Shown piece by piece: positions 26,501 through 37,897 of a DNA stretch of 49,931 bases. The position numbers and the translations under genes are program-made. The first letter of the stretch is position 1; every line of letters starts with the position of its first letter. The notes below the pieces were generated by a model. It searched no databases and was not told the DNA's origin. It saw only the letters and a list, made by a program, of their open reading frames with translations. This stretch comes from Fibrobacterota bacterium (lineage in GTDB: Bacteria; Fibrobacterota; Fibrobacteria; UBA11236), in the NCBI GenBank assembly GCA_043753995.1, contig JAYUVP010000149.1, positions 1 to 49,931 on the forward strand, read 5' to 3'.

Positions 26501-26839
26501 TTGGTTGTGGATGCCGCCGCCGACGTCACCGTGGCTCTGGACACTTATGTCGACGAAGCCCTGATGCATGAAATGCTGGCCCGCGAAATCGTGAATCGCA
26601 TTCAGAACATGCGCAAGGATCGCGACTTCGCGGTCACGGATCGAATCGTCCTGACGCTGAAAACCGAAGCTCCCGAATTATTGGCTGCGGCGGAAAAGCA
26701 TAAGGACTATATCGCCAGCGAAGTGCTCGCTCATAGCCTCAGCATGGGGGCTGACTTAGGCCCGGAACTAATGCCCGAGGCCCAAGAAGTCGAAATCGTG
26801 GAAATGACGCTTCAGATTTCGATTCGCAAGGCTGGCTGA
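23576..26839 (+). CDS. ileS: Isoleucine--tRNA ligase, type 2
   Basis: DGPPFATGLPHYGH, GWDCHGLP, WTTTPWTLP, DWNLSRNRFWG, EGLDQTRGWFY, KMSKR; long type-2 C-terminal domain. Confidence 0.98.
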   Translation: MFRSIDSSVSFTALEERILALWERDDAFKQSIARKPEAKTFAFFDGPPFATGLPHYGHLLAGTIKDIVPRYWTMRGYRVERRFGWDCHGLPIENLIQDELKLHSVRDIQSFGVDKFNEACRAGVLKYTAEWRKTVTRMGRWVDFDNDYKTMDLSFMESVWWVFKQCFDQGLIDQGWRIQPYSPALATPLSNFEVNQGYKDRQDPSITVIFPLESHDNQGGDENFLVWTTTPWTLPSNLAVAVKADLDYVLVDYKGDAKGERAGKYWVAESRRLHFFGEGDAVIKRAKGSELAGRRYKPLFQYAPYLSEKQYSLLLAEFVSDSDGTGAVHIAPSFGEEDFQLGMQEGLGLWDPLDAEGRFTHLVPEWKDIGAKDADKSIIHRLKSEGRIFKHETLVHSYPHCWRTDVPLLYRALKAWYLRLDRELTGPDGTRKTLKQWMIDSNQQINWVPDHIKDGRFGKWLDGARDWNLSRNRFWGTCIPVWIGEDGEGMICIGSREELERLSGVKVDDLHKHIIDPIVIRTKDGKTFDPQGKAYRRTSEVLDCWFESGSMPYAQNHYPFENRRELEEHFPADFIAEGLDQTRGWFYTLTVLSAALFQKPAMKNVIVNGIILAEDGQKMSKRLRNYPDPNELINRTGADAIRLFMIDSAAVKAEDLKFSEIGVKNIIRSVLLPLWNSACLFVTYANADAAKGQLSWRPGQKLRSPHELDRWILSDLQGLLLQVRREMDGYRLYNVVPAVVAFVDDLTNWYIRRSRRRFWKSEDDSDKNFAYATLYEVLTTFARVMAPFLPFLAEELWQVLVREPLAANAVGKTSGAADLPLSVHWADFPEFEAALYDEGLNGRMLRVRQAVTLGRGLRSAHNLKNRQPLRRLIVVLRNEAQREEMLQNEELVREELNVKHLEVTLDESTLVTYRAKANFKALGARLGKGMKAFADKIAALPHAEVARLVAGQSLEMDGITVTAADILVQRDVMEGLVVDAAADVTVALDTYVDEALMHEMLAREIVNRIQNMRKDRDFAVTDRIVLTLKTEAPELLAAAEKHKDYIASEVLAHSLSMGADLGPELMPEAQEVEIVEMTLQISIRKAG

Positions 26840-26842
26840 TAG

Positions 26843-27259
26843 ATGAAGAGCCTGCTGGCAGTTTGCGCCGTCCTCTCCTTTATCGCATGCGAAAAATCCA
26901 CGGAAACCCCGGCGAATTCCCCCGGATTGCGAGTGACTCTCGGTTCGTGTGATGGAAAGGCAGCCCTAAAAAGTGCGGTGGATTCTGCCTTGACCGGGAC
27001 GGTTCATTTCCAATCCCGCGACAGCCTAAGCGTCACCTTACCCGTCATACTGAATTGTCAAGCCAGCTATGCTTTCGATGCCCTTTATCGCGCTCCCGAC
27101 ACCTTGGCCTTTGAAGCCAGGGATGTCGGAGATTCACGTTCTAAATGTGTTTGCGACAAAGACGTGACCTTTGAGTACAAGGCTACAGGTGGAGAGAATT
27201 TGGCAACGGTCACGATTGCCAAATTCGATGCGCAGGTATTCCATCTCGTTTCAGAATAG
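26843..27259 (+). CDS. Small lipoprotein
   Basis: Lipobox FIAC; NC...KCVC; 3 bp after the ileS stop. Confidence 0.75.
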   Translation: MKSLLAVCAVLSFIACEKSTETPANSPGLRVTLGSCDGKAALKSAVDSALTGTVHFQSRDSLSVTLPVILNCQASYAFDALYRAPDTLAFEARDVGDSRSKCVCDKDVTFEYKATGGENLATVTIAKFDAQVFHLVSE

Positions 27260-27298
27260 ACCCGGCTAGGCAGGAAAAAAACGGAGGCTCACCAAAGC

Positions 27299-27592
27299 TC
27301 AGGCCTCAACACCCTCGATGATGGTTAAATCGAAGGTGGAGGCCGTTTCTCTCAAGTTCCTGGCGCTTTGGTATTCTGGCGAACGCCAGCAATCCAGTGC
27401 GGCCTGATAGCTGGGAAATTCAATGACGGTATTGCGTGAGCGGCTAGACCCTTCTGGATTCTCAAAGTGACCGCCTCGAACCAAAAACCGCGCGCCGAAT
27501 TTATTTAAAGGCTCAGGAGTGGCGGCCATATAGGCTTTGAATTGCTCCTTGTCATGAACGTCAATATGAATAATCCAGTATCCCTTGGGCAT
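27299..27592 (-). CDS. DUF1330 domain protein
   Basis: MPKGYWI...FGARFLVRGG...EG..RSRNTVIEFPSYQAALDCWRSPEYQ. Confidence 0.92.
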   Translation of the reverse strand: MPKGYWIIHIDVHDKEQFKAYMAATPEPLNKFGARFLVRGGHFENPEGSSRSRNTVIEFPSYQAALDCWRSPEYQSARNLRETASTFDLTIIEGVEA

Positions 27593-27948
27593 GCGCCGCC
27601 GCCTTTTGCTTTTGTTTCCAATGTTAATTCCACCCTTGATCCTAACCGTCAATGGCGCGCTTTCGACATCCCAACCCATCACCAAAACCCTACGACGGAA
27701 AATTCTTTCCTGTGCAGCTCCTCGGAAAGCTTGTCGCTTTCGAACCAAAATTTGGATTCACTTGCACCCCTGCTCTGGGGTTTTGACCCCATTGCACCAA
27801 GTCAAGCACCTTCGAAAAACCGTTTTGTAACGAAAGGCTACGGATTTTCTCGGCACCAAAATCAGGCATTGCCTATATTTCCGCGACGTCCTGGCAGTTT
27901 AGATGAGCGCATCATCGAAAGCCCGGAAAGCGCAAAAAGGGGATGGTC

Positions 27949-28860
27949 ATGAGTAAAGCCTCCGCGAAACCCTCCAAAGCGGCAGCGGCCAAAAAGCCAG
28001 CAGCCCCGGCTCCGGCTAAAAAGGCGGCTTCCCCCGCCAAAGCCAAGCCGGCCAAGGCGGGTGCTCCGGCAGCCAAGACGGTCAAGCCCATGGCGAAGCC
28101 TGCGGCAAAATCTGCTGCGAAGGCGACGGCGAAGCCCGTAGCCAAGGCGCCAGCCGCTAAACCGGAGGCCAAAGCCTCCGTAGCCAAGCCGGACGCGATC
28201 AAGCCTGTGCCAGCCAAAGCCAGCCCAGCGCCAGCTAAGGCAGCCCCTGCCCTTGCAGCAAAGCCTGCCACCGAGAAAGCCAATCCGACATCCAAGGCGC
28301 CCGCCGCCAAGGCTGTACCGGAAAAAATTGTGGCGAAGACGACTGCCGCAGTGACCAAACCACAAACCGAAATTGGCGGGAAAACGGCCCAGGCCGTAAC
28401 ATCGAAGCCAAGCGCCGCGGGCAAATCCGCCGCGGAACCCAAGGAAACGACCAAGGTGACCAGCAAACCCGAACGCAACCGCATGAATACGGATGAGTTG
28501 AAATATTTCGAAACTCTACTCAATGAGAAGAAGGAAACCCTGCTGCAAGAGCTGGGCTATCTCGAAGACAATACCATGCGCCTTTCTTCCAAAGAGGGTG
28601 CTGGCGATTTGTCCAGCCATGCTTATCACTTGGCGGATCATGCCACCGAGACCATGGACCGCGAACAGGCCTTTCAATTGGCTAGCCGCGAGGGCAAATA
28701 CCTGTATTACATCGAAGATGCCCTCGATCGCGTGCGGGCCGGTACCTTCGGCGTCTGCAAAAGCTGTGGAAAAGTGATCCCTAAGGCTCGCTTGGAAGCG
28801 GTTCCCACCGCCAAGATGTGCATCAATTGCAAGAGCAAACAGGAAACGCGCGTCGAATAA
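27949..28860 (+). CDS. dksA: DksA/TraR C4 zinc-finger protein with Lys/Ala/Pro-rich N-terminal tail
   Basis: HLADHATETMDRE coiled-coil tip; GTFGVCKSCG..IPKARLEAVP...CINCK. Confidence 0.88.
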   Translation: MSKASAKPSKAAAAKKPAAPAPAKKAASPAKAKPAKAGAPAAKTVKPMAKPAAKSAAKATAKPVAKAPAAKPEAKASVAKPDAIKPVPAKASPAPAKAAPALAAKPATEKANPTSKAPAAKAVPEKIVAKTTAAVTKPQTEIGGKTAQAVTSKPSAAGKSAAEPKETTKVTSKPERNRMNTDELKYFETLLNEKKETLLQELGYLEDNTMRLSSKEGAGDLSSHAYHLADHATETMDREQAFQLASREGKYLYYIEDALDRVRAGTFGVCKSCGKVIPKARLEAVPTAKMCINCKSKQETRVE

Positions 28861-28918
28861 AGGCACCCAAGCCCTAAGACCCCACCCTCCCAGGGCGAAT
28901 TGGGCCTGAATCCACCGT

Positions 28919-29326
28919 TTGCAGCCAAAATCACGGGATTTTTTGCGTGATTTTGGCTTTCGGGCATCCTACAATAAGGATGTGAATCAACCTGATAATG
29001 AACGACGTCAAGAGCCTCGCTGGCCATCCGAGGCTGTGGTGCATATCACTTTTCAGAATGGCGCTCAGGCCGACGCCAGGCTTCTCAATGTCAATTTGGG
29101 CGGTTGTTTTTTAGAGGGCTTTTATGGCTTGCAAGGCGGTGAAACCGTTTATTTGCAGGGTTATAATCCTCTCCTCAATGGAATTTATGCCCAGGTTGTT
29201 TGGGTCGTGAATGATGCGAACTTGCAAGGCTTTGGCGTGCAATTCCAACCCATGGACGACGATCAAAAGTTCGAACTCATCAAGTGGTTCAATCGCTTGG
29301 TGCCTGATCCCCGCGCTCGTCGCTGA
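28919..29326 (+). CDS. PilZ domain protein
   Basis: ERRQEPR (RxxxR) and NVNLGG motifs; GFGVQF. Start uncertain. Confidence 0.85.
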   Translation: MQPKSRDFLRDFGFRASYNKDVNQPDNERRQEPRWPSEAVVHITFQNGAQADARLLNVNLGGCFLEGFYGLQGGETVYLQGYNPLLNGIYAQVVWVVNDANLQGFGVQFQPMDDDQKFELIKWFNRLVPDPRARR

Positions 29327-29562
29327 GGTTTTACCCACTTCATTTTACCCTTCCTTTCCCCAGGGAAGGGGCTATGGGATCGGTCCGATTGCCTTCTAAG
29401 CAAATCCGGCCATACCCGATAAAACCCTACTTTTGATTTGCAACTCATTTAACCGAATACCCTTCCTGAGTCGTTTTTAGCACTCGACCTATTGACGGTA
29501 GCCAGGACCACCCCTACGCTCAGCTCCGTCGCTAGCCATAATGGCAAGTATGAGGTGGGTGC

Positions 29563-32184
29563 ATGGATAGGGCCAAAGCTCAAGAACACGTCGAAAAACT
29601 GGCTGAAGACTTGGTGCTTTTGGATGCGTCCCAGCCCCAGGCTATGGTCCCGATTTCCCACGATATCTCGGCCTTGCTTGATTTTATCGCAACTACCGAA
29701 GAGAAAGAATTAATCGCTAAAAGCGGCTCTATTCGCAGCTTGCTAGAGGAAAGCAAAAAAGGCCTCGTCCCCTTGGAAATGGCCTTGGATTCGCTTTTCC
29801 CCTGGATCAGCGAAGTGCAGCATGTGTTTTGCCATGGACTCGACGCCGCCAAAATCATCATTCAATCTCAAGTCGCCGAAGATGAAAATGGCCCATTGCC
29901 GCTTTCGCCTATTGTCGACGATCGCATACTCGGGGAGTTTTTAACCCGTCAAGAATATGTCATCGATGATTTTGAAGCCTTGCTGCTGGCCTTGGAGCAC
30001 GATCGCGACTCAGAAGCCATGCACCGCGCTAAGCGCATACTGCATACGCTAAAAGGCGAATCATCCTTGCTCGGCATGAGCCAGGTCGAGCATTTATGCC
30101 ATGCTATGGAAGATGCCTTGGCCTTGTTTCGCTTCGATATTTTATTCGAAGCCAAGGACTGGCTAAGCAAGGCCTTTTTGCATTATGCGGGCAAGGGCGA
30201 TCGCCCCAGCCACCTTGCCTCCTTACTGAAAAGACTTGCCAATGGCGGCGCTCCCGAAGTGGAGTCCGAAGCGACACAATCCCAGCTCGGTGGAGAAATT
30301 CCCGAATGGGTGACGGTTCTTATGTTACCCGAAGGCACCGATGCGAGCCTGGTGAGCGATTTCCTGAATGAATCCAATGAGCATTTAGAAGCCGCCGATT
30401 TGCATTTGATGAAGCTCGAAACCGACCCCACGCAAATGGAATCGGTGAATGCGGTGTTTCGCGCTTTTCATACCATCAAAGGTATCGCCGGGTTTTTGGA
30501 ATTGATTCCGATCCGAATTCTTGCGCATGAGAGCGAAAGTTTATTGGATCTCCTGCGATCCGGAGCCTTACCCTTATCGCCGCATATCTCGGATGTGCTT
30601 TTTCAGGCCGTAGATCATTTGCGCAAATTGATTAGCCTGCTAGACGCTTCTGCCTCGGGCCAATTGCAAATTCCTCTGCGCAAATTGGTGATCAGCGTGC
30701 AAGCGGCGGCACGCGGTGAAACCAAGCCGGTGGAAAAAGAGGTCGAGAAAAAGCACTCCCCATCCTCTCCCGCTCCCGCACAGGTGAAAGCCGCTCCAAG
30801 CGTAAAAAAAGCAGACCCTGGGATACGCCAGGAAGCGGCAAGGCCCGATATCGTGACCGACTCCATCGCAGCGGATTTCCACCCGGGTAGTGAGGAACTC
30901 ACAGGCGAAGCCTCCACGAATATCCGATCGCAGACCCAGGGAGCGGTGACGGTGCGAGAGACGGTGAAGGTGGAAGCGGATAGGCTGGACCGATTGCTTG
31001 ACACCATAGGCGAAATGGTCATCGCAGAAGCCATGGTGGTGCAGTCGCCCGAATTGCATGGCAAAATCTCTCCCCTATTGCGGCAGCGATTGGTTCAGCT
31101 CGATAAAATCACGCGCCATTTGCAAGAGCTGGGGACGTCTCTGCGCATGGTGCCGATACGGCCGGTCTTCCAAAAAATGGCGCGCCTGGCACGCGACTTG
31201 TCGCGCAAATGCGACAAGCCTCTCGACTTCATTGCCGTCGGCGAAGCGGTCGAAATTGACAAGACCGTGGTGGACAAAATCGCTGATCCACTGGTCCATA
31301 TGGTTCGCAATGCCGTCGATCACGGCATAGAAGCGAGCGCTGAAGATCGAGTTCGGGCAGGTAAGGATGCCACCGCGCGCATCAAACTTTCCGCTTTTCA
31401 AAAAGGCGGCAGCATTTGCATTGAACTCGAAGAGGATGGGCGAGGCCTCAATCGCCAGGCCATTTTGAAAAAGGCCCAAGCCGCGGGCCTCATCCAGGGC
31501 GATGGCTCCAACCTAGAAGACCGCGAAGTATGGCCTTTCATTTTCGCGCCGGGTTTTTCGACCGCGGCACAAGTGACCGAAGTGTCGGGACGTGGCGTAG
31601 GCATGGACGTCGTCAAGCGAACCATCGAGGATTTGCGAGGACGCATTGAAATTCAGACCCAGCCCGGCAAGGGCACGCGATTCAGCATTTGGTTGCCACT
31701 CACCATGGCCATCATCGACGGCATGGTGGTGCGCGTCGGGCGGGAGCGCTGCATATTCCCAACTTTATCGGTCGTCACTATTCTCTCTGTTAAGGATAGC
31801 GAAACCGTGGAAGTCATGGAGCATGGCCGATTGATTTCCCATCAAGGCCGCCAAATCCCGGTCTTTCCGCTGGAAATGTTTTTCGGTGACGCGAATCGAG
31901 ACGACGATCAGCGCCGCATTGCCGTCTTGGTCGAGGCCGAGGGCAAGATTTTCGGCTTCGCCGTCGATGAATTGCTGGGCAAGCAGCAAATCGTGATCAA
32001 AAGCTTGGGCGACACCTTCAAATCCATTCCCGGCCTCGCCGGCGGTTGCATTCTTTCCGACGGCAATGTGGGACTCATTCTCGATGTTGACGGCTTGGCG
32101 AAAGCCGTGACCTCTCCCCAACCCTTTCCATCTATCCAGGTCAACGAAAAATTAGCGGTAGTCCGCAGCAAGGCGGCCGCTTGA
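29563..32184 (+). CDS. cheA: Chemotaxis histidine kinase CheA with two Hpt domains
   Basis: LHTLKG and FHTIKG; DPLVHMVRNAVDHG; GFSTA..VSGRGVGMDVV; C-terminal CheW-like domain. Confidence 0.96.
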   Translation: MDRAKAQEHVEKLAEDLVLLDASQPQAMVPISHDISALLDFIATTEEKELIAKSGSIRSLLEESKKGLVPLEMALDSLFPWISEVQHVFCHGLDAAKIIIQSQVAEDENGPLPLSPIVDDRILGEFLTRQEYVIDDFEALLLALEHDRDSEAMHRAKRILHTLKGESSLLGMSQVEHLCHAMEDALALFRFDILFEAKDWLSKAFLHYAGKGDRPSHLASLLKRLANGGAPEVESEATQSQLGGEIPEWVTVLMLPEGTDASLVSDFLNESNEHLEAADLHLMKLETDPTQMESVNAVFRAFHTIKGIAGFLELIPIRILAHESESLLDLLRSGALPLSPHISDVLFQAVDHLRKLISLLDASASGQLQIPLRKLVISVQAAARGETKPVEKEVEKKHSPSSPAPAQVKAAPSVKKADPGIRQEAARPDIVTDSIAADFHPGSEELTGEASTNIRSQTQGAVTVRETVKVEADRLDRLLDTIGEMVIAEAMVVQSPELHGKISPLLRQRLVQLDKITRHLQELGTSLRMVPIRPVFQKMARLARDLSRKCDKPLDFIAVGEAVEIDKTVVDKIADPLVHMVRNAVDHGIEASAEDRVRAGKDATARIKLSAFQKGGSICIELEEDGRGLNRQAILKKAQAAGLIQGDGSNLEDREVWPFIFAPGFSTAAQVTEVSGRGVGMDVVKRTIEDLRGRIEIQTQPGKGTRFSIWLPLTMAIIDGMVVRVGRERCIFPTLSVVTILSVKDSETVEVMEHGRLISHQGRQIPVFPLEMFFGDANRDDDQRRIAVLVEAEGKIFGFAVDELLGKQQIVIKSLGDTFKSIPGLAGGCILSDGNVGLILDVDGLAKAVTSPQPFPSIQVNEKLAVVRSKAAA

Positions 32185-32224
32185 AAACCTTTAGCACTAC
32201 CCTTCGGAAAGGAAGCAACGCTTT

Positions 32225-32749
32225 ATGAGCGCAACCTTGGCAGCCGCCGTGGCGGGCAATCCCGCCGCCAGCAAGGCCGGCAAATATCTGACCTTCCAGC
32301 TCGGCCGCGAAGTCTTTGGACTGGCCATTCTGAAAGTGCAGGAAATCATCGGTATCATGCCCGTGACTCGCGTGCCACGCACCCCCGATTTCGTACGCGG
32401 CGTCATCAATTTGCGCGGCAAGGTCATACCGGTTATCGATTTGCGCCGCAAGTTCGACTTGAAGGATCGAGAAGACACCGATCGCACCTGCATCATCGTG
32501 GTCCAACTCGAAGGCATTGCCGGGCGCATCATCATGGGCCTTCTGGTCGACGAAGTTTCCGAGGTTCTGGACATCGGCGCCGATAAAATCGAAAACACAC
32601 CGGAATTCGGATCGCAAGTGCAAACCGATTTCATCATGGGCATGGGCAAGGTGGGCACCAAAGTCATTATGCTGCTCGACGTGGACAAGGTCTTGTCAAC
32701 GGGAGAATTGCTCAAAGTCGAAAACCTCAACCCAACGGCCAGTGCTTAG
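32225..32749 (+). CDS. cheW: Chemotaxis protein CheW
   Basis: KYLTFQLG...VQEII...GVINLRGKVIPVIDLR. Confidence 0.96.
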   Translation: MSATLAAAVAGNPAASKAGKYLTFQLGREVFGLAILKVQEIIGIMPVTRVPRTPDFVRGVINLRGKVIPVIDLRRKFDLKDREDTDRTCIIVVQLEGIAGRIIMGLLVDEVSEVLDIGADKIENTPEFGSQVQTDFIMGMGKVGTKVIMLLDVDKVLSTGELLKVENLNPTASA

Positions 32750-32779
32750 CTGCACCCACGAATTCCAGGAGAATAACTC

Positions 32780-34453
32780 ATGTTTAACAATACCAGCTTA
32801 AGCCAGAAACTCTACTATGGGTTCGGCGCCGTGCTTCTCATCGTCGCCGCGCTAGGCGGTTTCGCCTACTTCAAAATCAAAACCCTGCAAGCCAATAGCG
32901 AACGCATCACAACCGACTGCATGCCGGGTATTTATTCCATTGGAAAGCTCGACGCGGGATTGCGTAAAAATCTGATTTTACTCGCCAATCACATTTATAC
33001 CTCGGATGCAAATGCGAAAGAAAGGTATGAGGAAAGCCTGAAACTGAATCAAGCGGACGTCGCCAAGACCCTTGAAATCTATGAAGGCTCAATCACTCTC
33101 CCCGAAGATCGCCGAATGTTCAATGCATTGCAAGAACCCAGGAAAAAATTCCTCTCCATTATTAACGAAAAGGTTTTGCCGCTTAGCCGAAGCAATAAAT
33201 CTGCCGAAGCCCAGATGTTGTTTTCCGGGGACTTGGACAAGGCCTACCAGGAATATTCAACGGCGGTTATTGCCCTAGTGGATTGGAATAAAGCCCAAGG
33301 TGATATCATGGCCGCGGCTATCGAAAAAAATGTGAGTTCCTCCGTCACCGGAATCGCCCTGGGGCTACTCCTCGCCATCGTAGTGGGGGCCAGCATTGGC
33401 ATTTTCCTAAGTCGCTCGATTTCAGCTTCGCTCACTCGCGTGATTGATAACCTCTCCGAAGGCAGCGATCAGGTTTCAGCGGCCTCCAGCCAGGTTTCCA
33501 GCTCCAGCCAAATGATGGCCGAAGGTGCCAATGACCAGGCCTCGGCTTTGGAGGAAACGTCCGCATCTTTGGAAGAGATGTCGTCGATGACCAAGCAGAA
33601 CAGCGAAAATGCGCGGCAGGCAAATCAAACCGCCAACTCCACTGGCCAGGCCGTCGAACGCAGTCGCGAAGCCATGCGTCGCATGAGCGAGGCCATAGGC
33701 CAAATCAAATCGTCTTCGGATCAAACCGCAAAAATCATCAAGACTATTGATGAAATCGCTTTTCAAACCAATTTGCTGGCGCTCAATGCCGCCGTCGAGG
33801 CCGCTCGCGCAGGCGATGCCGGCAAGGGTTTCGCCGTGGTCGCCGAAGAAGTTCGCAATCTGGCGCAACGCAGTGCCGAAGCCGCCAAAAACACCGCAAC
33901 CCTCATCGAAGAATCGCAGAAAAACGCCGATAATGGCGTATCGGTGTCGACTGAAGTTGCCACCATACTGGGCCAAATCGTCGAGAGTGTGCAAACTCTT
34001 TCACGTCTCATCGGAGAAGTCTCGTCGGCTAGCGACGAGCAAAGCAAGGGCATTGAACAAATCACCACAGCCGTGAGCCAAATGGACAAGGTCACGCAGA
34101 GTAATGCTTCGAATGCCGAAGAGTCTGCCTCTTCGAGTGAGGAGTTATTTGCCCAGGCCAAAGAACTGAATGAAATGGTGAATGTGCTGGTGGGCATAGT
34201 CAACGGAGAGAAAGCCATGCAAGCACGCGCGCGCCAATTGACTCGCGGGGGACGAGAAAATTCCAATGAGCGCAAAGCCATGGTCAACAAGCCGAAAAGC
34301 TCTCTGAAATCGGCAGCGTCGACCAAATCTTCCGGCCACGATTGGAGCCCCGTGGCGAAGTCTAAATCGACCCATGCCGCAGCCTCGGATAGACCCAAGC
34401 GCGCACCCGAAGAGGCCGTCGCCCTGAATGACAGCGACCTCAGCGACTTTTGA
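32780..34453 (+). CDS. Methyl-accepting chemotaxis protein (4HB sensor, 2 TM)
   Basis: [38 protein letters not shown]. Confidence 0.96.
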   Translation: MFNNTSLSQKLYYGFGAVLLIVAALGGFAYFKIKTLQANSERITTDCMPGIYSIGKLDAGLRKNLILLANHIYTSDANAKERYEESLKLNQADVAKTLEIYEGSITLPEDRRMFNALQEPRKKFLSIINEKVLPLSRSNKSAEAQMLFSGDLDKAYQEYSTAVIALVDWNKAQGDIMAAAIEKNVSSSVTGIALGLLLAIVVGASIGIFLSRSISASLTRVIDNLSEGSDQVSAASSQVSSSSQMMAEGANDQASALEETSASLEEMSSMTKQNSENARQANQTANSTGQAVERSREAMRRMSEAIGQIKSSSDQTAKIIKTIDEIAFQTNLLALNAAVEAARAGDAGKGFAVVAEEVRNLAQRSAEAAKNTATLIEESQKNADNGVSVSTEVATILGQIVESVQTLSRLIGEVSSASDEQSKGIEQITTAVSQMDKVTQSNASNAEESASSSEELFAQAKELNEMVNVLVGIVNGEKAMQARARQLTRGGRENSNERKAMVNKPKSSLKSAASTKSSGHDWSPVAKSKSTHAAASDRPKRAPEEAVALNDSDLSDF

Positions 34454-35286
34454 TACGGGCCGGCGGCATGGAATTGGATCAGCGAACGTTTCACGCCTTT
34501 TGCGATCTGGTTTATGATCGCAGCGGCATACGCATGGGCGAGGGGAAAATCCCCCTCGTCAGTTCCAGGCTATCCAAGCGATTGCATGAACTCGAAATGC
34601 CAAGTTACCGCGACTATTTGCAATATCTTGAATCGGACACGACGGGGCGGGAGATGGTATTCATGCTGGATGCCATATCCACCAATGTCACCAGCTTTTT
34701 CCGCGAGTCCGACCACTTCAATTTGGTATGCAAGGCGGTGGCAAAGTGGGAAAAGCAAGGCCAGCAGCGCTTTCGCTTCTGGTCGGCGGCGAGCTCAACG
34801 GGAGAGGAGCCCTATACGCTCGCCATGGTGCTGGATGAAGCGTTCGGCGCGAGCGGAACCACCGACTGGAAAATTCTGGCCAGTGACATATCCACACGTG
34901 TCCTGGACGCTGCTCAACGCGGCGAGTACAACGCGGATCGCATGCAAGGGGTGCCTCCCAATTTGCGTGCGGCGTATTTCGACAAGGAAGGGCGAGGCGA
35001 CGAGTCCATGTATCGTGTTCGCGAGTCCTTGCGCCAGCGCATCAAATTCCACCGCATCAACTTGTCCAAGCCTCCTTTTCCCATGCAAGGACCGCTCGAC
35101 ATCATCTTGTGCCGTAATGTAATGATTTACTTTGATAATGTCGTACGCACGCGACTGCTTCAGGAATTTCATCGCCTATTGAAACCCGGGGGGCTTTTGC
35201 TGGTGGGTCATTCGGAAAGCTTGACCGGCCTCCTGAGCTCTTTCATTCCCGTCTCCCCCGCGGTGTACCGAAAGGATAAGGCGTGA
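34450..35286 (+). CDS. cheR: Chemotaxis methyltransferase CheR
   Basis: [40 protein letters not shown]. Confidence 0.96.
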   Translation: MIRAGGMELDQRTFHAFCDLVYDRSGIRMGEGKIPLVSSRLSKRLHELEMPSYRDYLQYLESDTTGREMVFMLDAISTNVTSFFRESDHFNLVCKAVAKWEKQGQQRFRFWSAASSTGEEPYTLAMVLDEAFGASGTTDWKILASDISTRVLDAAQRGEYNADRMQGVPPNLRAAYFDKEGRGDESMYRVRESLRQRIKFHRINLSKPPFPMQGPLDIILCRNVMIYFDNVVRTRLLQEFHRLLKPGGLLLVGHSESLTGLLSSFIPVSPAVYRKDKA

Positions 35287-35759
35287 TTCAGATAGTCGGA
35301 GTGGCCGATATGAAAATCTCCACCAGTCCCGAAGACACCCTGATAACCTATTCCCTCGGTTCGTGCCTGGGCATTACCATGCATGATGAAAAGGCAGGAG
35401 TCGGAGGATTGGTCCACTGCATGCTTCCGCTCTCCAAACTCGACGTTCATAAAGCGCAAATCAATCCCAGCATGTTCATCGACACCGGGGTGACCGTCAT
35501 GCTGCAAAAGCTTTTCGACCTAGGTGCGATGCGCAAACGCCTGCGCACGGTGGTGGCCGGTGGTTCCCAAATGCTCGATGGCCAAGGCCTCTTTAATATC
35601 GGCGAACGCAATTTCACCGTGCTGCGCAAAGTGCTGTGGAAAAACGATTTGCTGATCGCCGCCCAAGACGTGGGTGGCAGCATTCCTCGCACTCTATCGC
35701 TTGATGTCGGCAGCGGGCGCACCTGCCTGCGCACCCATGGACAGGATCGCGACTTTTGA
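35283..35759 (+). CDS. cheD: Chemoreceptor glutamine deamidase CheD
   Basis: LGSCLG, GGLVHCMLP, IGERN, DVGG. Confidence 0.95.
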   Translation: MIQIVGVADMKISTSPEDTLITYSLGSCLGITMHDEKAGVGGLVHCMLPLSKLDVHKAQINPSMFIDTGVTVMLQKLFDLGAMRKRLRTVVAGGSQMLDGQGLFNIGERNFTVLRKVLWKNDLLIAAQDVGGSIPRTLSLDVGSGRTCLRTHGQDRDF

Positions 35760-35779
35760 AGTCGGCGCGGAGACACGAT

Positions 35780-36160
35780 ATGGCCTATAACATTCTCATC
35801 GTGGACGATTCGGAAACGGTGCGCGCAGTATTGATCAAAACCTTGCGGCTTGCCGATACCGGCGCCGGTGAGATTCACGAAGCTCCCAACGGGGCGGTCG
35901 CCCTGGAAACCCTGGGCCAGCGATGGATCGATCTCGTGCTTGCCGATATCAATATGCCCGTGATGAATGGCCTGGAATTGGTGGCCCGCATGAAAGCCGA
36001 CGATGCCTTTCGCGACATACCCGTCATTATCATATCCACCGAAGGCAGCCAGACGCGCATCGATACGTTGCGGGCCCAAGGCATTGCCGGATTCGTGCGC
36101 AAGCCCTTCACACCTGAAATCATCAAGTCGGCCATTCAATCTGCCATGGTAGCCCACTGA
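35780..36160 (+). CDS. cheY: CheY-like response regulator
   Basis: ILIVDDS, DINMPVMNG, ST, KPF; GGAG RBS before ATG 35780. Confidence 0.9.
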   Translation: MAYNILIVDDSETVRAVLIKTLRLADTGAGEIHEAPNGAVALETLGQRWIDLVLADINMPVMNGLELVARMKADDAFRDIPVIIISTEGSQTRIDTLRAQGIAGFVRKPFTPEIIKSAIQSAMVAH

Positions 36161-36169
36161 GGAGAAATC

Positions 36170-36628
36170 ATGATTGCCGCTGATCCCACCCGATTGTCCG
36201 CAGCCTTCATTGATGTCGTGCAGCGCCAAGCTTTTCTTTTCGCCGAGCCCACAGCTGTCAAATCCTTGGCGGAACCCGATTCCGGTTGGGTGCATGCTCG
36301 CATTGCCTTCTCAGGTCCGGTTTCCGGAAGGCTCGAACTCGATCTTGCCGGAGAATTACGGCGAGAAATCGCCGCCAATGTCCTTGGCTTGGAAAGCGAT
36401 GACGATGCGGCAGAGCGAGGCGGTGACGATGCCCTCAGGGAATTGCTTAATGTGATTTGTGGTCATTTATTGACGCAAATGGCGGGGGAGGCCGCGGTTT
36501 TCGACCTGGGACTTCCCGAGGTCGACCCGCCATCGGAAAACCCACCCGATTTTTCTCCACGAGCCTTGGCATTCGATGTCGAGGGGCACCCCATGGTGCT
36601 TCATCTCGCCATTGCCTCAGGTACATAA
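36170..36628 (+). CDS. cheX: CheX-family phosphatase
   Basis: FSGPVSG...IAANVLG...DALRELLNVICG (ExxN) in che operon. Confidence 0.8.
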   Translation: MIAADPTRLSAAFIDVVQRQAFLFAEPTAVKSLAEPDSGWVHARIAFSGPVSGRLELDLAGELRREIAANVLGLESDDDAAERGGDDALRELLNVICGHLLTQMAGEAAVFDLGLPEVDPPSENPPDFSPRALAFDVEGHPMVLHLAIASGT

Positions 36629-37684
<1,056 letters not shown>

Positions 37685-37691
37685 AACAGGG

Positions 37692-37726
37692 GCTCGGGGA
37701 GAAAGTGATTTTCTCCCCGAGCTTTT
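37692..37726 (+). terminator. Rho-independent terminator of che operon
   Basis: 13-bp perfect stem GCTCGGGGAGAAA/TTTCTCCCCGAGC followed by TTTT. Confidence 0.8.
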
Positions 37727-37777
37727 CTCGTAGCGCCGAATCAATAAATATATTGGCCTCGCCAATTACCCGTTTGG

Positions 37778-37897
37778 TTGACTGATTTATCCCTGCTGTT
37801 GGTGGCTATTGTCTGGGGTACCAGTTATGGATTGACCAAGCAGAGCATAGCTCTCTATCCGGTGTTTGGATTTCTGGCTATTCGATTCTGCCTAACT
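37778..37897 (+). pseudogene. N-terminal fragment of an EamA/DMT transporter
   Basis: DLSLLLVAIVWGTSYGLTK...FLAIRF, after which similarity is lost. Confidence 0.7.
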
